Assembly: GCA_031414775.1 (NCBI GenBank)
Contig: JANOQI010000031.1
Location: forward strand, 1-64,000
DNA from: Synechococcales cyanobacterium VAR_4_metabat_354
Lineage (GTDB): Bacteria > Cyanobacteriota > Cyanobacteriia > Cyanobacteriales > Chamaesiphonaceae
Reading direction: 5' to 3'
DNA: 64,000 bases
The position numbers and the translations under genes were made by a program. The notes beneath the pieces were generated by a model, which worked only from the letters and a program-made list of their open reading frames with translations, ran no database searches and was not told the DNA's origin. The number at the start of each line of letters is the position of its first letter. The stretch's first letter is position 1. Shown piece after piece: positions 55,174 to 64,000 of this stretch.

Positions 55174-56443
55174 ATCGATCTCCTGGTAACGGTGGCACTG
55201 GATCAATAGATTGATCGAGTTTATCCAGTTCTTGGTCGAGCAAATCATCTTCGGTGGTGTAGGCCAAATCCGCCGCTGTGATAATTTGTTCGGCCTGGAA
55301 CTTTTCGGCAAACTGAAGCTTGCGGGTCAAGTCATCGGAACCAGCGGACAGCTGGGCAACATGCTGACTCCGTTGTTGATTTCTGGCACGAATTTTGCCG
55401 TTTGCCCACTGGAGCCACATCCATCGTCCGATCGGAATCGCAATGAATCCGATCGCATACAACAAAATTATCCAGTACAGGCTAGCAGCCACCGCAATAA
55501 TCCCACCCTTCACCGCCAATCCCTTGAGGAGCGCTCCCAAAAATAGAGCACCCCCACAGTTCACCGCCGCTAACAAACTAATTGTCCACATTTGACCAGT
55601 ACTAGCCGCACTGAATTTCCAGACTTTTTCCTTGAGATAGGGCTGGATATGCTTAAATTTACGCTGTTGAGCAAAAGTCTGACTATCTGGAAAACGATAA
55701 ACTAAATCACCCACTGGACTGACTTCCGGCAGTCCATTAAATCGTATTAACACCGGCAAAATATGGTCTTCGTTGTAAGGCGAAACATCCTCTAAATAGG
55801 GAGCTACCTGCTCTGCCGTAATGGCTCCCCGATTTTTCCGAATAACTTGACCAATATTGCGCCAGCGAAGTTCTTCTAAATTGGCATTGGGATTCCCATC
55901 GCCAAACAAAAAAGAATAGACCGCGTTCAAAAAATTGAGCTTTTTGCCTTGCCTCCTTGGTTGACGAGGAGTGCCATCATGACCCCAATCAAACCAATAC
56001 CAAATAAAACCACCACCGCTGTCACCAGAACCGCCCAGATTAATATTCCCCAGATCAATGCCATCGCCCTCATTGTTAAAGAAACTGAGCACAAAAATGC
56101 TGAGTAAGATTAAGGCCACGGAAGCAATTAGCACAATACCAAAAGAAACTCGCACCAAATAGAAAATTACTTTCCAGATCCTTTGTAACCATTCTTGGAC
56201 TTGCAACCACACAAATTTCTGGCGCAAAATATTCTGAAAATCTGACGGGTATTTGTAGATCACCTCCCCGCCATTACTGACTTGCAGATGTCCACCCACG
56301 GTGATCGCTAGCTGTTGCAAATCTTTTTCGACGATGGCTAACGGCAAACCCGTTTGAATCGAGAGTTCCCCCGGAGTAGTTTGGTATTGAAGCTTTTCAA
56401 TAGATTTGATCAGCAGTGGTTGGAATTCCATACGGTTAGCCAA
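55163..56443 (-). CDS. Conserved cyanobacterial/plastid membrane protein
   Basis: GGHLQVS..GE..Y, FLFGDGNPN..LE..RW, RFNG.PEVS..G...Y.FP. Confidence 0.75.
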   Translation of the reverse strand: MANRMEFQPLLIKSIEKLQYQTTPGELSIQTGLPLAIVEKDLQQLAITVGGHLQVSNGGEVIYKYPSDFQNILRQKFVWLQVQEWLQRIWKVIFYLVRVSFGIVLIASVALILLSIFVLSFFNNEGDGIDLGNINLGGSGDSGGGFIWYWFDWGHDGTPRQPRRQGKKLNFLNAVYSFLFGDGNPNANLEELRWRNIGQVIRKNRGAITAEQVAPYLEDVSPYNEDHILPVLIRFNGLPEVSPVGDLVYRFPDSQTFAQQRKFKHIQPYLKEKVWKFSAASTGQMWTISLLAAVNCGGALFLGALLKGLAVKGGIIAVAASLYWIILLYAIGFIAIPIGRWMWLQWANGKIRARNQQRSQHVAQLSAGSDDLTRKLQFAEKFQAEQIITAADLAYTTEDDLLDQELDKLDQSIDPVPPLPGDRSNN

Positions 56444-56824
56444 TTGAAGATAGCAGCGCTACCTATATCTTAACTGCTTGCTTCCCTGCTCGGTGACTCT
56501 TCATCAACTCAAGAGATGGTGAATAGCAGTGATGCCGCTAAGGCTGTAACTGTGCGTACATGATTCCAGCTAGTCTATAGCTGATGCATTTATGAGAAGT
56601 ACTTGAATTTTCATTTCTTCTGTTAAATAAGGGTTCTAGCTGTATTTTCTCTCTTTTCCATACAAAATCACCAAACAAACGTTAACACATGTGAATAATT
56701 AATAAAATTTGTTAAGCTTAGTACATGACTCAAAAAAGCATATTTCTAGTCTTTCAATCAGAGGCTAGAGTTCTTTTCCATAAACAATCAGGTTTTTATA
56801 GCCATCGGATTTGGAGTAGCTGTT

Positions 56825-56968
56825 ATGACAAGTTTTACCAAGAAAACCACTGCTGACAACCGGAATGGTTGGGCTTGGGGATTTACCCCTCAAGCTGAGA
56901 TTTGGAATGGTCGGCTAGCCATGATTGGATTTGCCGCCGTTCTCCTAACTCAGTATCTTGCTCGTTAG
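56825..56968 (+). CDS. hli: High-light-inducible protein (HliP/SCP), 47 aa; absent from ORF track
   Basis: [47 protein letters not shown], with the [11 protein letters not shown] motif and GGAG RBS. Confidence 0.93.
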   Translation: MTSFTKKTTADNRNGWAWGFTPQAEIWNGRLAMIGFAAVLLTQYLAR

Positions 56969-57098
56969 GGTCTTATACATTTTTGTAATTTATTACATGC
57001 AATTATGGTAGCCACCTTAAAGATGTAGTAACTTGCCATTGCTTGCGTCTACGTGCCGTCGATATGACCAACATCACTAAAGAGTATTTAAACCCAAA

Positions 57099-58028
57099 AT
57101 GTTTAATTCCACTGACCAAAATAGTCCTGAGCTAAATATGGATCTTCTGCGGCAGTTAATACAGCAGCAGGTTCAGCACCGTCCGATCTTTGAGAATATT
57201 GCTATTCTAGGCTGTGGCTATGTGGGCAGAGCATTAGCTGACTATTGGCAAGAACAGGGACACTTGATCACTGGCACAACAACAAGCCAAGAACGAGTAG
57301 CGGCACTCTCGGCTATCATGTCTAGGGTAGTTGTAATGAAAGGGAATGATCCAACTGCTGTAGAATCGCTACTTCAAGACCAAAGTACTTTAGTGGTAAG
57401 TGTAGCACCTACTGGATTTCAGGAGGCCAACGAAACTACTTATGAAGAAACCTACCTGGCCACAGCTGAAAATTTAGTCGAAGTCTTGAGCCAGACTCCT
57501 AACGTAACGCAAATTATATATTTGAGTAGTTGCTCTGTTTATGGCGACAGGCAAGGAGATTGGGTTGATGAGACCTCTGCAGTTGCTCCCTTGGAGCACA
57601 GAAGCCAAGTACTTAGTAAGGCCGAAAGAATAATATTACAGGCCGCTAATCAGCATCAAAAAGTCTGTATTTTAAGGCTAGGAGGAATTTATGGCCCTGG
57701 TCGAGAGTTAGTTAGTATGTTTGGAGGGTTAGCGGGCATGACTATGCCTGGCAAGGGCGATCGCTTTATTAACTGGGTACACCGTGATGATATTGTCGGG
57801 GCGATCGAATTCATCCGCACCAACGAACTCGAAGGCATTTACAACTTAGTTGACAATAGTCAATTGACGGTTAGAGAACAAATTAAACTGATCTGTTCTC
57901 GCTACAGCTTGCCACCAGTAAATTGGGATTCTTCTAAATTGAGTATTCAACGGAAAAGTGTCCAAGTCTGTAATGAAAAAATTAAAGCAGCTGGGTATGA
58001 ACTAATTCATCCTCAAATTATTATATGA
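57099..58028 (+). CDS. Atypical SDR / NAD-dependent epimerase-dehydratase family protein
   Basis: GCGYVG, SSCSVYG, LRLGGIYGPGR, NWVHRDD. Confidence 0.85.
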   Translation: MFNSTDQNSPELNMDLLRQLIQQQVQHRPIFENIAILGCGYVGRALADYWQEQGHLITGTTTSQERVAALSAIMSRVVVMKGNDPTAVESLLQDQSTLVVSVAPTGFQEANETTYEETYLATAENLVEVLSQTPNVTQIIYLSSCSVYGDRQGDWVDETSAVAPLEHRSQVLSKAERIILQAANQHQKVCILRLGGIYGPGRELVSMFGGLAGMTMPGKGDRFINWVHRDDIVGAIEFIRTNELEGIYNLVDNSQLTVREQIKLICSRYSLPPVNWDSSKLSIQRKSVQVCNEKIKAAGYELIHPQIII

Positions 58029-58112
58029 GTTTGATACAGCTGGAAAGAATCGTACTATTTTCGACTTTTATTCGCAATTTTCGGCAACATCATTCATTAT
58101 GAATAGTAATGA

Positions 58113-59903
58113 ATGACAGAAATAATGCACCGATTTAATTTAACTATATTTAAGCAGTTTTGGGAGATCGCCAAGCCTTACTGGTCGAGCGGCGAAAAAT
58201 GGCGATCACGCGGATTGTTGCTGTCTATCATGCTCTTGTCTTTGTTCTACACTGGACTTAGTGTATTACTTAATAACAAGCGTGGTGAATTAATTTCGGC
58301 ACTATCAGCTAAAGATGAGACTAGATTTTGGCAAACTATTCTGATTTTTGTAGGAATATTAATAGTTTATGCTCCACTTTATGCTGGGTATGTCTATTTA
58401 CGCGATCGATTGGTACTCAACTGGCGGCAATGGCTCACTGACCACTTTGTTGATAGGTATTTTCAGGGTCGAGCATTTTATAATTTAAATCATACCAATG
58501 CCCAGATTGATAACCCTGATCAGCGCATCAGTGAAGACGTTGGAAGCTTCACCCAAGAGTCATTAAAGCTGTTACTGGCTGTCGTTGATTCACTGCTCGC
58601 GATCAGTGCTTTTGCGGGAGTGCTTTGGGGTATTTCCCGACCGTTAATTGTATTTTTGGTGCTCTATGCGGTAGTTGGTACTTTAACAACAGTTGGGATA
58701 TTTGGGAAACCTTTAAAACGACTCAATTTTGAGCAACTACAAAAAGAAGCAAATTTTCGCTTTAGTTTAGTACGGGTGAGAGAAAACTCAGAAGCAATTG
58801 CTTTTAATCAAGGAGAAGAATATGAATCTAATCAGGTTAAAAACAAGTTCATTGAAATTTTTGATAACTTTAAGCAATTAATTTTTTGGGAACTAAATTT
58901 GAATGCTTTAACTAACATCTATGAGTTTATTCCCTTTATTTTACCGGCAATAGTAGTAGCGCCTGGTATTTTTGCTGGCGAATTAGAAATTGGGAAAGTT
59001 ACGGAAGCGCAAGGCGCATTCATCCGGGTTTTCTTCTCACTGAATTTGATCGTATCGCGGTTTCAGTCATTAAGTAATTTTGGAGCCGGGATTGAGCGAT
59101 TACATTCCTTTTCAGAGTTTTTAGATCGTAATGGCTTAGATGTTAGCACCATTGATTCCACAGAACTTACGAAGATTGAAATGCAGGTTGCTGCTCATCT
59201 GGAGCTAAAAGATGTTACTCTCAAAACTCCCAACTATCAAAGGACTTTGATAGAGAACTTATCAGTAAAGCTATCCATGGGCGAAAGTTTGCTAGTTAGA
59301 GGAGCGAGTGGCTGTGGGAAAAGTTCCTTACTTCGATCGATCGCTGGTCTATGGAATGCTGGTTCTGGGATAGTTATACGCCCACCACTGGCAGAAGTGC
59401 TATTTTTACCCCAACGACCCTACATGGTATTAGGAACCCTCCGGGACCAATTGTTATATCCAAACCTAGATCAGGAAATTGAAGATGCTCAACTTCAGCA
59501 AGCTTTAGTCCAGGTAAATTTACCCGACCTAGAGCAAAAGCATGGTGGATTTAGGACTGAACACAATTGGTCCCAAGTTCTATCGCTGGGTGAACAACAG
59601 CGATTGATTTTTGCCCGCTTGCTACTAAATAAACCTAGCTACGCGATTTTAGATGAAGCCACTAGTGCCCTAGATCCCCACAATGAAGAACTTTTATATC
59701 AGAAATTACAAGCCTCTGGGATGATATTTTTGAGCGTTGGCCACCGCGAGAGCTTAAGTAGTTATCATCAATCTGTTCTAGACCTGACCGCCATTGATAT
59801 GCAATCTGACCATGGAAAACGAGCCTGGTCGCTAACAGCTTCAGAAAGTACGACTATTTTTCCTGACCATAACCTTGATGAGAAAGACGCGAAAGTCGCC
59901 TAG
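58113..59903 (+). CDS. Fused ABC transporter, ABCD/YddA-like
   Basis: DNPDQRI, RVRENSEAIAF, GASGCGKS, PQRPY, LSLGEQQ, LDEATSALD. Confidence 0.9.
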   Translation: MTEIMHRFNLTIFKQFWEIAKPYWSSGEKWRSRGLLLSIMLLSLFYTGLSVLLNNKRGELISALSAKDETRFWQTILIFVGILIVYAPLYAGYVYLRDRLVLNWRQWLTDHFVDRYFQGRAFYNLNHTNAQIDNPDQRISEDVGSFTQESLKLLLAVVDSLLAISAFAGVLWGISRPLIVFLVLYAVVGTLTTVGIFGKPLKRLNFEQLQKEANFRFSLVRVRENSEAIAFNQGEEYESNQVKNKFIEIFDNFKQLIFWELNLNALTNIYEFIPFILPAIVVAPGIFAGELEIGKVTEAQGAFIRVFFSLNLIVSRFQSLSNFGAGIERLHSFSEFLDRNGLDVSTIDSTELTKIEMQVAAHLELKDVTLKTPNYQRTLIENLSVKLSMGESLLVRGASGCGKSSLLRSIAGLWNAGSGIVIRPPLAEVLFLPQRPYMVLGTLRDQLLYPNLDQEIEDAQLQQALVQVNLPDLEQKHGGFRTEHNWSQVLSLGEQQRLIFARLLLNKPSYAILDEATSALDPHNEELLYQKLQASGMIFLSVGHRESLSSYHQSVLDLTAIDMQSDHGKRAWSLTASESTTIFPDHNLDEKDAKVA

Positions 59904-59935
59904 TTGAACTGAATTTTTAAGTAATGCATTTATAA

Positions 59936-61045
59936 ATGAATATTTCTAAGTTAGGAATTTTGTCTGGGGTAATTGTAGCTGCCATCTTGATTTTTGTGCC
60001 ATTGTCTCATCTAGCGAAATATCAAGGGTGGGGAGATTTGATCGTTTTTGTGACCTCAGCTTTGGCAATTATCCCGCTGTCAATTGTGCTTAGTACTGCG
60101 ACCGAAAACATTGCCGTGGTGACCGGACCATCGATCGGCGGCTTGGTAAATGCCGTCTTTGGCAATGCCACCGAGTTGATTTTAGCTTTGGTCGCCCTGA
60201 GAGCCGGACTAGTTGATATTGTGAAGTCCAGTATTACAGGCAGTATTTTGGGAGCTTTATTACTACTCTTAGGATTAGGTATGCTCACCGGCGGATTACG
60301 ATACAAGGAGCAGTCCTTCAAGCCAATTTTTGCCCGGGTGAATGGGGCGTTTATGACCCTGGGGGTGACCGCGATCGCCTTACCAACTATCGTCACCGAC
60401 ACCTCTAACATTGTTGACCCTTTGGCTATTCATCACCTGGGAATGATTACGGCTACCGTATTGATTATGCTGTATGGGCTAACTCTGTTGTTTTCGCTGA
60501 AGACCCACAGCTATCTTTACGATGTGGCCATTGCCGAATCGGACTCCGGGGTGATCGATGCTGTCGCTCCAGCTGATCGAAATATGCGATTGGGAGGCTG
60601 GATTGTGGTTTTAGCGATCGCCTCGATCACAGTGGGGTTTGAATCTAATTTGTTTGTCGAGGTAGTAGAAGAAACGACCGGACAACTGGGCATTACACCG
60701 CTGTTTACGGGGGTAATTCTTCTACCACTCATTAGTGATGTAGCTGGCTATGTAACGATCGTGCGCTTGGCACTCAAAGATCAAATGGACTTAGCGGTCT
60801 CGACGGTGACGGGGGATAGCTTGCTCATTACCCTCTTTATTGCCCCAGTACTAGTTTTTGTGGGGCAATGGTGGGGACAACCTTTAGATCTCAACTTCAA
60901 CCCTTTTGAGGTAGTGGCTTTAGCGATCGCCGTGACGGTAAATAATTTAATTAGTTCTGGGGGACGCTCTAATTGGCTAGATGGAGCGCTCCTGCTGGCG
61001 ACTTATTTTCTGTTGGGGGTAGCCTTCTACTATCATCCCGCCTAG
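59936..61045 (+). CDS. Ca2+/H+ antiporter (CAX/ChaA family), atypical second motif
   Basis: FGNATE, ITGSI, LKTH, SNWLDG..LL..Y; about 11 TM helices. Confidence 0.85.
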   Translation: MNISKLGILSGVIVAAILIFVPLSHLAKYQGWGDLIVFVTSALAIIPLSIVLSTATENIAVVTGPSIGGLVNAVFGNATELILALVALRAGLVDIVKSSITGSILGALLLLLGLGMLTGGLRYKEQSFKPIFARVNGAFMTLGVTAIALPTIVTDTSNIVDPLAIHHLGMITATVLIMLYGLTLLFSLKTHSYLYDVAIAESDSGVIDAVAPADRNMRLGGWIVVLAIASITVGFESNLFVEVVEETTGQLGITPLFTGVILLPLISDVAGYVTIVRLALKDQMDLAVSTVTGDSLLITLFIAPVLVFVGQWWGQPLDLNFNPFEVVALAIAVTVNNLISSGGRSNWLDGALLLATYFLLGVAFYYHPA

Positions 61046-61203
61046 TTGTTAGGAAATCAGAAAAACTGGCTCACAGCAAATTACTACGAGCCAGTTCTTT
61101 CAGGTACCTTTGAGTTAAATTCTCACTTTATAAAACATAAAGTTGAGGAACTTGTGAGGATTGCTACCAAAATAAAAATTTTGTCAGAGGATAAAGCTCT
61201 AGG

Positions 61204-61932
61204 CTAGATTCCGGAACCATCTAGAAATTGCCGAATGGCCTTATCTTGCAAAGGACAGTTGGCGGCTTGCTCCACTGGCGCACCAGCCGTTACGAGCTGA
61301 TTTGGTGCCAATTGCTGCATTTTGGATTCTAAAGCCTCTATTCGATCGAGCAGTACCCGAATAACTTCTGCTTCTGAATCTGGCAAGCTGCCATGTTCTA
61401 ACGGATTAACCCGTACACCAGACTTATAGATAATTCGACCAGGGATACCTACTACCGTGCAATCTGACGGCACATCCCGCAGCACCACCGAACCAGCTCC
61501 AATCCGGACATTATCGCCAATATTTAAATTACCTAAAACCTTAGCTCCGGCACCCACTACCACATTCTTACCAATAGTTGGGTGGCGTTTGCCAGACTGT
61601 TTGCCAGTTCCCCCCAGCGTTACTCCTTGATAAATCAAGGCATAATCACCGATGATCGCCGTTTCACCAATTACTACGCCCATGCCGTGGTCGATAAAAA
61701 CACCTTGGCCAATTTGGGCACCGGGATGAATCTCAATCCCGGTTAGTCCTCTGGCAATGTGGGAAATAAAGCGGGGAATAAAAGGTAATCTCGATCGGTA
61801 GAGCAAATGCGAGAAGCGATGAAAAACCAGTGCTTGCAAGCCAGGGTAGCAAAACACTACTTCCAACCAATTACGAGCAGCAGGGTCTCGCTCAAAGATA
61901 ATACGAAAATCGGCTACCAGATGGGAGAACAC
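61204..61932 (-). CDS. cysE: Serine O-acetyltransferase
   Basis: ERDPAA, GIEIHPGA, FIDHG.GVVIGET, GKRHP; GTG start. Confidence 0.95.
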   Translation of the reverse strand: MFSHLVADFRIIFERDPAARNWLEVVFCYPGLQALVFHRFSHLLYRSRLPFIPRFISHIARGLTGIEIHPGAQIGQGVFIDHGMGVVIGETAIIGDYALIYQGVTLGGTGKQSGKRHPTIGKNVVVGAGAKVLGNLNIGDNVRIGAGSVVLRDVPSDCTVVGIPGRIIYKSGVRVNPLEHGSLPDSEAEVIRVLLDRIEALESKMQQLAPNQLVTAGAPVEQAANCPLQDKAIRQFLDGSGI

Positions 61933-62033
61933 TTGCTTCTAAATCCTCGATCGATACAGCTCAACCAAGAGCTATTTTAGCGATTTCAGTCCAGCTTTGG
62001 AGTGGTGTCACCCGTACTAATCGTAAAGTTTAG

Positions 62034-62513
62034 TTACTTTTCACTCAGAGTCAAACTATATGCCCAATGCTTACCAGGCTCAATGCTACCCACCCACACC
62101 GAATATTCTCCAGCCGAAAGACCGTCAATGCTAATACTGGCATCCTTTTTTAAGCCGGTATCATCACCACAGATAAATTGACCATTGGGCATTTTTACTA
62201 CAATAGTGGTGTCTTTGCCCCGGCTATTCACCCGAAAGTTGAGCTTCGGAAAACCTTGCTCCAGCTTCAGCACATGATCGGGAGTACTGGCCGAAAAACC
62301 CAGACAGGGATTTTTGTTTTTATCGAACTTCGCCAAACTACTGAGAGAATAGCTACCACTAGTGGAGCCACTGACGATGCCAGATTGGCGTACAAAGCCC
62401 GCAGATAACTTTAGTGTTGGAAAGTTACCAGCTTGAGCAACGGCTGGTCCGACACTGATTGCTGTTATTACTAGCAACGCTGGCACCATCAATAGTTTTT
62501 TAGTCCACATCAC
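62034..62513 (-). CDS. Secreted hypothetical protein (PPC-like beta domain)
   Basis: Signal peptide, C.G...PDH, DTT...C.DD, GEYSVWVGS. Confidence 0.7.
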   Translation of the reverse strand: MMWTKKLLMVPALLVITAISVGPAVAQAGNFPTLKLSAGFVRQSGIVSGSTSGSYSLSSLAKFDKNKNPCLGFSASTPDHVLKLEQGFPKLNFRVNSRGKDTTIVVKMPNGQFICGDDTGLKKDASISIDGLSAGEYSVWVGSIEPGKHWAYSLTLSEK

Positions 62514-62744
62514 AACATTAATTCCTAAAAAATATTTGAAACAGAAGTAGCAGGATGCACGGTTTTAATTTCTGTCGATCGTCATACTGATTTTCAGCAG
62601 TGAATTTCAGTGTTGTTGCTTGGTGGATGCCCTGATAATAAAGATGTCTATAGGAAGGTACCAAAAGTTCCAAGAAAACTAATACTTTTTTGATGAAAAC
62701 AATGTGGGCTAAAATCGGAGGAGTTCCAAACCTTACCTCAGCTT

Positions 62745-63089
62745 ATGAATGCACCATTCCATGAAATCACTGTTACTGATCTGGCTGCTAAATTAGCTGA
62801 TCCAGATCACAATTGCCAATTTGTAGATGTGCGAGAGCCACAGGAGCTAGCTCTGGCCAGCTTGTCCCAGTTTACTAATTTGCCTCTGAGTGAAAATGCT
62901 CAGTGGTCAGTAGATATTCACCAAAGACTAGATTCCACTACCGAAACGATCGTTCTTTGTCATCATGGGATGCGATCGGCACAGATGTGTGGTTGGTTAG
63001 CTAGTCAAGGATTTACCAATCTTCACAATGTGATAGGCGGAATTGCTGCTTATGCTCAATTAGTGGATAATTCTGTGCCACAATACTAG
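62745..63089 (+). CDS. Rhodanese-like protein
   Basis: DVREP.E, CHHGMRS, GGI.AY. Confidence 0.88.
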   Translation: MNAPFHEITVTDLAAKLADPDHNCQFVDVREPQELALASLSQFTNLPLSENAQWSVDIHQRLDSTTETIVLCHHGMRSAQMCGWLASQGFTNLHNVIGGIAAYAQLVDNSVPQY

Positions 63090-63194
63090 TAAATAGTTTA
63101 GTGAATTTGGATACCCAAAACCGTCTTAGTCCCTTCATAATGCTTTAGTAACTTCCACTTAATAAATTCTTTTAGCGACGTAATCTCAATTTCC

Positions 63195-64000
63195 ATGAAC
63201 TTAAACCAGCGTCAGCAACAAATTTTATGGGCAACAGTCCGTCAATACATTGCCACAGCGGAACCAGTTGGTTCTAAGGCGCTGGTCGAGGAATATAATC
63301 TTCAGGTTAGTGCGGCCACGATTAGGAATAGCTTTACGATTTTGGAAAAAGCTGGTTTACTTTACCAACCGCATACTTCCGCTGGTCGGGTGCCTTCTGA
63401 TTCTGGCTATCGTTTGTATGTCGATCGACTACTGCAGACTGACCTGGCGGCTGGCAGACAGGCTGAGCAACAACTCTCTAGCCAACTGGATTGGGAGCGA
63501 TGGAGCTTAGAAGCTTTGTTGCGCGGCGCTGCCCAGATTTTAGCGACCTTGAGTGGTTATATTGCGATTATCACTCCGCCTGAAACTAATCATTTAACTG
63601 TACGCCATCTCCAATTGGTACCGATCGAACCTCATCAGTTAATGGTGATTGTGGTGATGGATTCTTACCAAAGTCAGTCTTTGCTGGTGGATATTCCGTC
63701 TAATAATGATGACGCGCTGGCAGTTGCCGCCGAACTAGAAGTTTTATCAAACTTTTTGAATAGTCAAATGCGTGGTCGATCGATCGCCGAACTAGCAAGC
63801 TTGAATTGGAGCGAGTTGCACCAACGCTTTCCCAGTTATGCGGTAGTGATCAGTCGCCTGTTAACTTTTCTACAGCATCAGATTGGTGCCAGTAAAAGCA
63901 CTCAGGTGATGATGCGCGGTTTCTCAGAAGTATTGCGGCAACCCGAGTTTTCGGAATTAGAACAGGTGAAAACATTGTTGCAACTGCTAGAAGTGGAGCC
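63195..64000 (+). CDS. hrcA: Heat-inducible transcription repressor HrcA (3' end runs off the window; absent from ORF track)
   Basis: MNLNQRQQQILWATVRQYIATAEPVGSKAL...SAATIRN...LYQPHTSAGRVPSDSGYRLYVD. Confidence 0.95.
   Translation, partial: MNLNQRQQQILWATVRQYIATAEPVGSKALVEEYNLQVSAATIRNSFTILEKAGLLYQPHTSAGRVPSDSGYRLYVDRLLQTDLAAGRQAEQQLSSQLDWERWSLEALLRGAAQILATLSGYIAIITPPETNHLTVRHLQLVPIEPHQLMVIVVMDSYQSQSLLVDIPSNNDDALAVAAELEVLSNFLNSQMRGRSIAELASLNWSELHQRFPSYAVVISRLLTFLQHQIGASKSTQVMMRGFSEVLRQPEFSELEQVKTLLQLLEVE

Noticed and set aside
63250..63510. 86-aa ORF in the track
   Set aside because: An alternative frame inside hrcA, which starts at 63195.

Overview
This is a gene-dense chromosomal window from a beta-cyanobacterium. 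Markers include a ccmK-type shell gene, hli, cyAbrB, pedR, NtcA boxes and abundant CGATCG/HIP1-type palindromes. Most of it is housekeeping: aroE, bioD, pyrF, ilvN, infC, groEL2, gltD, frmA-fghA, nrtP-narB, tsaE, yvcK, ruvC, ispH, ffh, purA, rplY, cysE and hrcA. I saw no rRNA, tRNA, CRISPR array or intact transposase. Four genes are missing or mis-started in the ORF track: a CFA-synthase-like methyltransferase (1-462, downstream of a desaturase), the full infC with a non-canonical ATT start, a 47-aa HliP (56825-56968) and hrcA (63195 to the window end). The main accessory patch is 19.7-24.9 kb. It holds a two-gene pseudogene mosaic, an AT-rich uridine kinase with an extra N-terminal domain, orphan antitoxins, a small-protein/aspartyl-protease pair, a 133-bp MITE and a 24-bp HIP1-associated in-frame insert. 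Other accessory features are tandem DUF4360 paralogs followed by a 42-bp perfect palindrome, an AT-rich 555-aa unknown, and an hli-SDR-ABC-CAX cluster whose antiporter has an altered second ion-binding motif. All family assignments come from motif recognition by eye, not from database searches.
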